From NCBI GenBank assembly GCA_035530555.1, contig DATKUR010000013.1:239-64238 (forward strand): a stretch of 64,000 nucleotides of DNA, given 5' to 3'. Under the pieces are notes generated by a model, which worked only from the letters and a program-made list of their open reading frames with translations, was not told the DNA's origin and did not search any database. Shown piece by piece: positions 37,598-45,112 of this stretch. Position 1 is the first letter of the stretch, and the number at the start of each line of letters is the position of its first letter. Both the position numbers and the translations under genes were made by a program. The DNA is from Candidatus Humimicrobiaceae bacterium (GTDB lineage Bacteria > Patescibacteriota > Minisyncoccia > Minisyncoccales > DG-74-1).

Positions 37598-38287
37598 CTA
37601 TTTAAATTTTTCCTCTAGCTCTTTTAGAATTTTAGCTGCTAACTCTTTTCCGCCTAAGCCAAAAGAAAGACCCAAGGCAACTGAAATGGTAATTGCTACA
37701 CCGATGAAAATAACTAAAATCAAGGAGGGTGTTATTTTAAGCTGGTAGAGAATGGCCAAAATAGCAAAAAGCCAGATTGCCCAACGGATTGCCTTGCCTG
37801 AAAATCGCGAATAAGTTATTTTTTCCTTCTTCAGGGTACCAACCACAATCTTTTGAGAAAAATCAGCCAAAAAAACAGCCACAAGAAAAATTAAAATAGC
37901 AATAAAAATATTAGGATAATAACCAACCACTTTCCATAAAAATTGGCTGAAGGAAGTCAAGCCCAGGATTCTAGCGCTTAGAATTTCAGCAGCTATCGTC
38001 AAAAAAAGGATAACAAAAAACCATCTTACTATTTCGCCAAAAAACTTCGGAGCATTAAGCCGTGTATCTATTCTAGACAGAGATTCTTCTATGCCCATGC
38101 CCTTTAAAACTTGATTCAATCTAATTTTGCCCAGAAAATCGGCGGCTCTTTTTCCTAGCCATTGAGAAATAAGCCAGCCAACCAAGAAAAACAGAAAGGC
38201 TCCAAGGGCACAAAGCGGATAAGAAGCTGGAATTTGTATTAAGTATTTATAAACTTCTTCCCACATAAATAATTTATACGCTACCAT
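37598..38287 (-). CDS. Polytopic membrane protein (conserved-TM-helix type)
   Basis: 229 aa with 4-5 hydrophobic helices. No catalytic motif recognised. Confidence 0.55.
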   Translation of the reverse strand: MVAYKLFMWEEVYKYLIQIPASYPLCALGAFLFFLVGWLISQWLGKRAADFLGKIRLNQVLKGMGIEESLSRIDTRLNAPKFFGEIVRWFFVILFLTIAAEILSARILGLTSFSQFLWKVVGYYPNIFIAILIFLVAVFLADFSQKIVVGTLKKEKITYSRFSGKAIRWAIWLFAILAILYQLKITPSLILVIFIGVAITISVALGLSFGLGGKELAAKILKELEEKFK

Positions 38288-38838
38288 TTAGCGCGATTAA
38301 GCTTCAAATGATAACCGATTCTATTAGCAACTATATGTAATAAAAAGGTTAAAATAAAAAGGGTTATCCAGATTATTATCTCAATTTTTAAAATCGCTGT
38401 CAAGAAAATAGCCGAACCTATAACATAATTTGTCTGGTCGAATGGGATAAATCTGGCGCCCGGCGGCATCTTCAATCTTCGCTTGATAAAAGCAAAAAGT
38501 AGGTCGCCGAAAATTGCGCCGAGCGAAATCAAAAAGCCGAAAAGAAAAATATTAATCTGTTTATAATCTAATAGGGAAATTCTTTGGATTGCTGGAAATT
38601 GATAAAGATAACCCTGGACCAAGACCACCAAAAAACCGACACTCATCCCCAGTATTGCTCCCCGCCAGGATTTATGACTGCCGAGAATCGGCTGGCCTAA
38701 AAAATTTTTTCCGAAATCAATATCTTTATCTAAAAAATTAAAAAGGTTGGCCTTTCTGGCTAAAGGTGGGGCCATATTAGTAAAATAAGCGGGCAGGAAA
38801 AAGTAGAGACAAGATAAGATATATGTTAGAATACCCAT
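38281..38838 (-). CDS. carS: CarS-like (CDP-archaeol synthase family, formerly DUF46) membrane cytidylyltransferase homolog
   Basis: 185 aa. FFLPAYFTNMAPPLA, DIDFGKNFLGQPILGSHKSWRGAILG and GDLLFAFIKRRLKMPPGARFIPFDQTNY match the conserved blocks I recall for archaeal CarS. Confidence 0.72.
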   Translation of the reverse strand: MGILTYILSCLYFFLPAYFTNMAPPLARKANLFNFLDKDIDFGKNFLGQPILGSHKSWRGAILGMSVGFLVVLVQGYLYQFPAIQRISLLDYKQINIFLFGFLISLGAIFGDLLFAFIKRRLKMPPGARFIPFDQTNYVIGSAIFLTAILKIEIIIWITLFILTFLLHIVANRIGYHLKLNRAKW

Positions 38839-39600
38839 ATGAAATGCGATTTACACTGCCATACTGGCTATTCTTACGATAGCACAGCTGAGCCAGAAGA
38901 GATGATTGAGGCGGCGCTTCAAAAAGGGATAAACTGTCTGGCCATTTGCGACCACGGAGAAATTAAAGGCGCTCAGAAAGCAATCGAATACGCCAAAGAT
39001 AAGCCTATTTTAATTATACCGGGAATTGAAATAAAAAGTAAGGAAGGAGATATTTTGGGATTAAACATAAAAGAAGTTATTCCGAACAAATTATCAGCTA
39101 GTGAGACAATTAAAAAAATAAAGGGCTTAGGAGGGCTGGTAGTTATTCCCCATCCTTTTGGCTGGTCTTGCTCTTTTAGAGGAAACTTAGAGGACTTAAT
39201 TTCTAAAATAGACTGGTCCGAAGAGCTTCGTTCTTCTCGCGCTGAACCCAGTGATAACTGGGCGAAGAGGGAGAAGAAAACGAGGTTTTCTGCGACCGCC
39301 TCAGCTGGGGCCTTGGCAATTGAGATTTTAAATGCTTCAATATTCGGCCGTGGCAACAAAAAAGCTCTGATTTTCTCCCAAAAATACAACCTTTCTGTAA
39401 CAGCAGGATCCGACGCCCATTTCCCGAATTTTGTCGGCAGGGTCTATTTAGAAATTCCGGGCGATAATCTTTCTGTAGAAGAAGTTTTAAATCAGATAAA
39501 AAAAGGCGCTGCTAAAATCCATGGGAGAGAAGCTGACTGTTTGGAAAAAGCTGTCGATCATGTCAAAAGAAATATCGCCAGACTTAAAAATTTGATATAA
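38839..39600 (+). CDS. PHP-domain metal-dependent phosphoesterase carrying an in-frame insertion of about 33 aa
   Basis: 253 aa. MKCDLHCHTGYSYDS, AICDHG, VIPHPF and TAGSDAH motifs. The start codon abuts the carS start codon (CAT|ATG at 38836..38841). Confidence 0.85.
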   Translation: MKCDLHCHTGYSYDSTAEPEEMIEAALQKGINCLAICDHGEIKGAQKAIEYAKDKPILIIPGIEIKSKEGDILGLNIKEVIPNKLSASETIKKIKGLGGLVVIPHPFGWSCSFRGNLEDLISKIDWSEELRSSRAEPSDNWAKREKKTRFSATASAGALAIEILNASIFGRGNKKALIFSQKYNLSVTAGSDAHFPNFVGRVYLEIPGDNLSVEEVLNQIKKGAAKIHGREADCLEKAVDHVKRNIARLKNLI

Positions 39601-39681
39601 CGAAGCTTCGATTCGTTAAAATTGACCGTTCGATGAACTTTTAATTTACATTGTCTCTCGTTGAGTTTTCAGTTTAATTCT

Positions 39682-40281
39682 ATGTTAGAGGAAAAGAGAG
39701 AAAAATTTAAAAAAATTTCCAGCTGGACAGGAAATATTTTTTCTAAGTCTGGCTTAACGCCCAACCAATATACTCTAATCTCTTTTGTTTTTGTTTTAGT
39801 TGCTTTTTATTTTTTACTTAAGGAAAGGTTGGTTTGGGCCCTAATCTTCTTTTTATTGGCTACCTTTCTAGATTTTATTGACGGGGCAGTGGCAAAATTT
39901 TTGCAAAAAGAAACGAAAAAAGGTGCCTATTTGGACACCATTTGCGACCGCTACGTCGAGGGTATTATTTTATTAGGTTTTTTATTCTTATCGTTGTCTG
40001 ATTTTTTTCTACCGGCAAAAATCTGGATTTTTCTAGCTTTTTTCGGTTCTTTGATGACAACCTATGCTAAGGCAGCGGCTAAAGAAAAAGAGCTGGTAGG
40101 CCAAGAATTAAAAAAGGGCCTTTTGGGCCGAGCCGAAAGAATAATTTTAATTAGCCTGGCAATATCTCTTGGTATTTTTAATTTTTCCTGGATAATTTAT
40201 CCGATTGTTTTCCTGGCTATTTTTTCAAATATTACCGTTTTCCAAAGGATTTTTTTAGCTCTCACACCAAGCAACAATTAG
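39682..40281 (+). CDS. CDP-alcohol phosphatidyltransferase
   Basis: Motif DFIDGAVAKFLQKETKKGAYLDTICDRY, which fits DG(x2)A[RK](x8)G(x3)D(x3)D. I prefer ATG 39682 over the TTG at 39661. Confidence 0.85.
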   Translation: MLEEKREKFKKISSWTGNIFSKSGLTPNQYTLISFVFVLVAFYFLLKERLVWALIFFLLATFLDFIDGAVAKFLQKETKKGAYLDTICDRYVEGIILLGFLFLSLSDFFLPAKIWIFLAFFGSLMTTYAKAAAKEKELVGQELKKGLLGRAERIILISLAISLGIFNFSWIIYPIVFLAIFSNITVFQRIFLALTPSNN

Positions 40282-41133
40282 AGAATCCGGTCCAGTCAAA
40301 ACGCCAAGAATATTGTCTATCAAATTAAGGAAGGTGACTTCGGCTCCGCTTAACTCTTTTTCAACCGCCTCTTCCAATCTCTGGGCTCCTTCTAAGTTAT
40401 CACCATGGGTAATTGCTACCCTGATTTTTTTACCTTGTTTCCGCAATTTCTCAGTTTTTTCTTTTAACTCTTGGAAAAGGGCACTAGGAATATCTCTAGC
40501 GCCTTTTCTTATACCAACTGCCTTTATTTTTCCGTTTTTAATACCGAGTATGGGCCGGAGACCAATTTTTTCCATTTTCCTTATCCAGTCAGCCAAAAAA
40601 TGGGGAATTCTACCCGAGGACTCTATCCATTTTGGGTCTTTAACCATTGCAGCTAAGCAAATTTTTGGCCGGAATGATTCCAGCTCTTTTGTAATTTCCT
40701 CAATTTCTTTCCCGCCTTCAACCAAATCTACTGCCTTTAAAACTAAAAGTCCTAAGCCGGCGCTTCCGCTTAGAGAATCAATAATAAAAATTTTTGCTTT
40801 CTCCCCCGGTTCTAAAAAATTTTTTGCCTGACAGGCAGAATTATAGGTTCCTGAATGGACCGAAGTAATAGTAATGGTTATGATTTTTTCAAACTTGGTA
40901 AATTGTTTTTTAAAAATCTCTAAAAAATCCTTTGGCGAAGGTTGAGAAGTTTTTCCGAAGCTCTTAATCCCTGCTTTTTCAGCTTCTCTCATCTTTTGAA
41001 ACGTATTTTCCCCAGGAAAATTCTCAAGATCCGGCCAATCCATCTTGAGAGGAGCAACTTCAATCTGATATTTTTCAATTATTTCTTTGGGCAAATCTGC
41101 CGCCTCATCAACAACTAAGCCAATTTTTTTCAT
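40255..41133 (-). CDS. DegV-family fatty-acid-binding protein (FakB-like)
   Basis: 292 aa. KTSQPSPKDFLEIFKK and ITSVHSGTYNSACQA. Confidence 0.88.
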   Translation of the reverse strand: MKKIGLVVDEAADLPKEIIEKYQIEVAPLKMDWPDLENFPGENTFQKMREAEKAGIKSFGKTSQPSPKDFLEIFKKQFTKFEKIITITITSVHSGTYNSACQAKNFLEPGEKAKIFIIDSLSGSAGLGLLVLKAVDLVEGGKEIEEITKELESFRPKICLAAMVKDPKWIESSGRIPHFLADWIRKMEKIGLRPILGIKNGKIKAVGIRKGARDIPSALFQELKEKTEKLRKQGKKIRVAITHGDNLEGAQRLEEAVEKELSGAEVTFLNLIDNILGVLTGPDSLIVAWCES

Positions 41134-41136
41134 GTT

Positions 41137-41820
41137 TTAGATTATTTGCCAGTCTCGAGCATTGGCGATTTCTAATAATTTTTTGTCCGGCTCAACAGCC
41201 ACCGGGTTACCAACTAATTCTAGTATTGGTAAATCAAAGACGCTATCTGAATAGGCAAAACTCTCTTTAAAATCCATCACAAGGTTATTGTCAGTTAAAA
41301 ATTGCTTTACTTTTTCGGCTTTTCCCTGGGCAAAACAAAGAGGAGGAATTATCCTGCCGGAAAACTTATTTCTAATAATTTCCAGCTCGGTACCAACGGC
41401 AAAATCAATATTGAGGCGACTTGAAAAAACTTTAATTAAGTCCTGGAAACTGCCGGAAGTTAAAATAATTAAATAGCCACTTTCTTGATGCCTTTTAAGT
41501 CTTTCAAGCACATTCTTTTTTAAAGTTGGTAAAAGATAATCATCGGTTAACCAGTCAAAAATTTCTTTTGCTTTTTTAGTGTCTATCCCTTTCATTAGCC
41601 GGGCCATATCTTCGCCCCATCTTTGGTAATATTTTTTAGTTGAGATAAGACCTATTTTCCAAAAAGGAGTTAAGGCAAAGTTACTGGTTAAAAAACAAAA
41701 AATAGAAAAGAGCCTTTCTCTCTTTTTTAAATAATACTTCAGCAACCCAGACCAAAAATGACTGCTGACTAACGTCCCGTCGAAATCAAAAAGAGCAATT
41801 TTGACCCTAGAATCCTTCAT
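41137..41820 (-). CDS. HAD-IB family hydrolase
   Basis: 227 aa. Canonical motif I ALFDFDGTLV. Capped HAD-IB-like architecture. Confidence 0.8.
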   Translation of the reverse strand: MKDSRVKIALFDFDGTLVSSHFWSGLLKYYLKKRERLFSIFCFLTSNFALTPFWKIGLISTKKYYQRWGEDMARLMKGIDTKKAKEIFDWLTDDYLLPTLKKNVLERLKRHQESGYLIILTSGSFQDLIKVFSSRLNIDFAVGTELEIIRNKFSGRIIPPLCFAQGKAEKVKQFLTDNNLVMDFKESFAYSDSVFDLPILELVGNPVAVEPDKKLLEIANARDWQII

Positions 41821-42419
41821 TATGTTGTTTTACTTAGTTTAAATTTTGGCTCCCTGCCTTCTCTAAGCCTTTGAATGTTTTCTCGGTGAGTCCACCAGAT
41901 TAAAGCAAATAATACAAGGCCAAGGATAAAATAAGCTAAGGAAAAAGAATTAAACCAAAGAATCAAAGGCAAGAAAGAAACCAGTAAAAGATTGGTAAAA
42001 CTCATTATTTGAAAAAGGGCTAAAATCAAAAGCCAAATTAAAATCAAAATCAAGAATTTCTGCCAACCCAAAAGAACAAATAAAACCCCGACGGTGGTGG
42101 CCACCCCTTTGCCTCCTTTAAAATTCAGCCAGACCGGGAAAATATGGCCTAGTACCGAAGCGATAGCTACCGGAGCTATTTGCCAGTCAAGAAATAAAAA
42201 CTTTGTAGCTAAAAAAATCGGGATTACTCCTTTCAAAACATCTAAGACTCCGACTAATAACCCCCATTTTAGACCTAAGCCCCGCACAACGTTCGTTCCG
42301 CCAATATTCCCTGAGCCAACTTTTTTAATATCAACACCTTTGAATTTGGAAATTAGAAAGCCCCAAGGAATGGAACCCAGGAGATAACCAAAAATAATTA
42401 ATAAAGCTGAATTAAGCAT
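41820..42419 (-). CDS. plsY: Acyl-phosphate:glycerol-3-phosphate acyltransferase, canonical copy
   Basis: 199 aa. FGYLLGSIPWGFLISKFKGVDIKKVGSGNIGGTNVVR and FKGGKGVAT. Confidence 0.9.
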   Translation of the reverse strand: MLNSALLIIFGYLLGSIPWGFLISKFKGVDIKKVGSGNIGGTNVVRGLGLKWGLLVGVLDVLKGVIPIFLATKFLFLDWQIAPVAIASVLGHIFPVWLNFKGGKGVATTVGVLFVLLGWQKFLILILIWLLILALFQIMSFTNLLLVSFLPLILWFNSFSLAYFILGLVLFALIWWTHRENIQRLREGREPKFKLSKTT

Positions 42420-42807
42420 ACGCTACAGCATTTTCAAAATGGGAAACTTGCGCTTTTCTCTCTTTTATCATAACCGAAATAACATCAATTTGCCATTTTG
42501 AATTTAAAGGAATCTTTTTTGTCATCAGCCAGCTCTCGGCCATTGTTTTTAGTTTTCTTTGTTTTGAAAAATTTACCTTTTCTTCTGGATAAATGGTCAT
42601 ATCCTGGGCGAACGAAGCGAGCCGGAGGGTTTTGACTTCTACAAAAATAATTATATCGTCTTTTTTAGCCACAATGTCAATCTCACCTTTTTGAGGACTA
42701 CCAGGCAGACGAAAGGAATAATTTCTATCTAAAATCTGGTAGCCCTTATCTCTGAGATATTTTTCAGCAATCCTCTCGCCGAAACTGCCGGTCTCTTTTG
42801 TACTCAT
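42412..42807 (-). CDS. YraN-family (UPF0102) endonuclease-like protein
   Basis: GERIAEKYLRDKGYQILDRNY...GEIDIVAKKDDIIIFVEVKT. I prefer ATG 42807 (MSTKETG) over the track start at 42840. Confidence 0.8.
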   Translation of the reverse strand: MSTKETGSFGERIAEKYLRDKGYQILDRNYSFRLPGSPQKGEIDIVAKKDDIIIFVEVKTLRLASFAQDMTIYPEEKVNFSKQRKLKTMAESWLMTKKIPLNSKWQIDVISVMIKERKAQVSHFENAVAYA

Positions 42808-42877
42808 ATGGAACGTACAAAATTGTTTTGCAATTTTCACGTTCGTACAACGTAAAAATCTTTGATTTTGTACGTTG

Positions 42878-42948
42878 TGGACCCACCGAGAATCGAACTC
42901 GGACCTTACCCATGCGAAGGGTACGTAATACCGTTTTACTATGGGCCC
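42878..42948 (-). tRNA. tRNA-Ala (anticodon CGC)
   Basis: Hand-folded cloverleaf: GGGCCCA TA GTAA AACGGTA TTAC G TACCC TTCGCAT GGGTA AGGT CCGAG TTCGATT CTCGG TGGGTCC A. The G3:U70 Ala identity pair is present. No encoded CCA. Confidence 0.9.
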
Positions 42949-42950
42949 AT

Positions 42951-43021
42951 TCGGGGTGCTGGGAATTGAACCCAGACCGCAGAGTCCCGAACCCTGTATA
43001 CTACCGTTATACTACACCCCG
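42951..43021 (-). tRNA. tRNA-Pro (anticodon CGG)
   Basis: Acceptor CGGGGTG/CACCCCG, anticodon arm CAGGG-TTCGGGA-CTCTG, T arm CTGGG-TTCAATT-CCCAG. In my hand fold the D/anticodon junction is one nucleotide shorter than canonical. No encoded CCA. Confidence 0.8.
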
Positions 43022-43025
43022 CAGA

Positions 43026-44495
43026 TCACGTCACCCAGTATTTCTGCTTAGTCATTTCATCTCTTTTAATCTCCAGCTTTTCTCTTTCTTTTCTTGCCTC
43101 TTCGGCAAGTTTTTTTAACTTTTCGTCTGACAATTTGCTTAATTTCAAAATTTCTTTTTCTAAAAGCTCTTTTTTATTCTTTTGAGGGTCTTCCAAGGCA
43201 TATCCCAGCAGGACGTCCAAAATCTGCCCCACTTTAGGACCCGGCTCAATCCCTAAAGCTTTCATCACGTCTGAACCGGAAACCTTTAATGTCTTAACCG
43301 AAATCGGATCCTGAGCAACCTTATCAATTATATATCTTAAATGTCTGAGCTTATAAGGCTCGGCTTTCGGCACCCCAGAACCGATGCGGTCACACATTCT
43401 CAATTGTAGTAATTCTTCCATGTTTTCCGATCCTGCCTGGCGAACCAATCTCCTGACCGAGGAGTTGCCCACTTCATCTACGTTGTAGTAAAAAAGGTGA
43501 TATCTAACCAGTTTGGTTACTTTTTCAATATCTTTTTTAGAAAACTTCAAGCGGCTCAAAATCCTAACCGTCATTTTGGCGCTGACCACCTCGTGGTTGT
43601 AAAAAGTGGCGTCTGGTCCTTCGCCCCATTTTGTTTTTGGTTTGCCGATATCGTGGAATAAAGCAGCCAGTCTAACATATTTGTTAAAATTTTGCTTGGC
43701 GGCATAATCCAAGGAACGCAGATAATGCTCGTAACATCCATAGATATGATGCTTGTTTTGGGTAATTTTGTAGCCCTCTTCCAATTCCGGAATAATATAT
43801 TTCAGCAAACCGAGCTCCCTTAAAAGATCTATGCCCGAAGCTGCTCTCTCTGACATGATAATCTTCAGAAACTCATCCCTAATTCTCTCTTTTGATATTG
43901 CCTGCAACCAAGGAGAATTTTTTTTGACAGCTTGGGCTGTTCTTTTTTCAATTTGCCAACCCTCGCCGAGCGTAACGCTAAACCTCACTGCCCTTGCCAT
44001 ACGTAGGGCATCTTCATCAAAACGCTCTTCGACGTTGCCAACTGCCTTAATTATTTTTTCTTTTAAGTCTTTCTGCCCATTATACGGATCAACAATTTTA
44101 CGCCTTGCATTTCCTTCTTGAGTTTCCAAGGCCATCGCATTCACGGTAAAATCTCTTCTTGCCAAATCTTCCTGAATGGTTTTAGCAAATTTTATTTCAT
44201 CGGGATGGCGCTTATCAGTATACTTTGCCTCTGAACGATAGGTGGTAATTTCTATTTCTTTTAGCCTCGGGGTTTCGCTGTTAGCCTGGACAGTAACCGT
44301 AAAAAATTGATTGCTGTAAAAACTCTGAGGAAATATCTTTTGAATCTCTTTCGGTTTAGCGTTTGTCGCCACGTCCCAATCCTCCGGTTCCGCTCTCCTC
44401 AAAAAATCTCTGACACAGCCGCCGACAATATAAGCTTCGAAGTTATTTTTTTTTAACTGCTCAATGACGAATTTTAATTCTTTTGGGATTTCCAT
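43026..44495 (-). CDS. cca: CCA-adding tRNA nucleotidyltransferase with HD domain and a charged C-terminal tail
   Basis: YIVGGCVRDFLRRAEPEDWDVATNAKP and LFHDIGKP. The track start at 44531 is a TTG; the ATG at 44495 (MEIPKEL) is the more likely start. Confidence 0.9.
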   Translation of the reverse strand: MEIPKELKFVIEQLKKNNFEAYIVGGCVRDFLRRAEPEDWDVATNAKPKEIQKIFPQSFYSNQFFTVTVQANSETPRLKEIEITTYRSEAKYTDKRHPDEIKFAKTIQEDLARRDFTVNAMALETQEGNARRKIVDPYNGQKDLKEKIIKAVGNVEERFDEDALRMARAVRFSVTLGEGWQIEKRTAQAVKKNSPWLQAISKERIRDEFLKIIMSERAASGIDLLRELGLLKYIIPELEEGYKITQNKHHIYGCYEHYLRSLDYAAKQNFNKYVRLAALFHDIGKPKTKWGEGPDATFYNHEVVSAKMTVRILSRLKFSKKDIEKVTKLVRYHLFYYNVDEVGNSSVRRLVRQAGSENMEELLQLRMCDRIGSGVPKAEPYKLRHLRYIIDKVAQDPISVKTLKVSGSDVMKALGIEPGPKVGQILDVLLGYALEDPQKNKKELLEKEILKLSKLSDEKLKKLAEEARKEREKLEIKRDEMTKQKYWVT

Positions 44496-44566
44496 CAGCT
44501 TAATCTTATCTTGATTTCTCAAATTTTTCAATCGCTCAAACGGGAGTAAAGAATGAAGGAAAAAAC

Positions 44567-44595
44567 TTGTTTTCTTTGCCTTTTTTTATTATAAT
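44567..44595 (+). promoter_or_regulatory. Sigma70-type promoter upstream of tRNA-Arg
   Basis: TTGTTT (44567..44572), a 17-nt spacer, then TATAAT (44590..44595). The tRNA starts at 44606. Confidence 0.6.
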
Positions 44596-44605
44596 TAGTC
44601 CAAAC

Positions 44606-44678
44606 GCCCTCGTGGTGTAATGGATAACATATCTGTCTTCGGAACAGAGGACTCCAGGTTCAAATCCTGGCGAGGGCA
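44606..44678 (+). tRNA. tRNA-Arg (anticodon TCG)
   Basis: 73-nt cloverleaf: GCCCTCG TG GTGT AATGGATA ACAT A TCTGT CTTCGGA ACAGA GGACT CCAGG TTCAAAT CCTGG CGAGGGC A. No encoded CCA. Confidence 0.88.
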
Positions 44679-44680
44679 CT

Positions 44681-45103
44681 ATGAAAAAATTTCCAATTTT
44701 ATTTTTAATTGTTTTTTTAGGGGTGACATTTCTACCCTTGGTCTCTCGGGCAGCCTGCCCTACTACCGGATTGGTGCCGTGCGGAACACCTGATTGCCCG
44801 TGTAATTTTTGTCATCTTTTTGTCATGTTCCAGACAATAATTGATTTTGTTTTAGCTTATCTTGTTTTTCCGATTGCCACTCTGCTAATTATAATAGGTG
44901 GAATAATGTTCTTTCTCTACGCCGAAAATCCTCAGAAAGTAGAGCAAGCCAAGTCCCTGTTGACTGCGACAATAATCGGTTTAGTTGTAATTTTTTCTTC
45001 CTGGCTTGTTATAGGTCTATTTTTTACTGCCATCGGATTGTCTGATTTCGCCCTCTCGTTTACCGGCCCAGAAAATTGGTTCACGGTTGATTGCCCAATA
45101 TAG
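44681..45103 (+). CDS. Small VirB2/TrbC-like 'T4SS pilin' family protein
   Basis: 140 aa. Signal peptide (…PLVSRA|A), Cys motif CPTTGLVPCGTPDCPCNFC, two hydrophobic helices separated by YAENPQKVEQAKSLL, and a C-terminal Cys. It starts 2 nt after tRNA-Arg and stops 9 nt before tRNA-Lys. Confidence 0.75.
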   Translation: MKKFPILFLIVFLGVTFLPLVSRAACPTTGLVPCGTPDCPCNFCHLFVMFQTIIDFVLAYLVFPIATLLIIIGGIMFFLYAENPQKVEQAKSLLTATIIGLVVIFSSWLVIGLFFTAIGLSDFALSFTGPENWFTVDCPI

Positions 45104-45112
45104 CCCCTAATC

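Noticed and set aside
39211-39309. Reading the PHP insertion as a mini-intein or a programmed frameshift site.
   Set aside because: At about 33 aa it is far too short for an intein and lacks the splice-junction residues. The reading frame is continuous through it.
38973-39389. 138-aa minus-strand ORF inside the PHP gene.
   Set aside because: The plus-strand frame carries all the PHP metal-binding motifs, and the antisense product has none.
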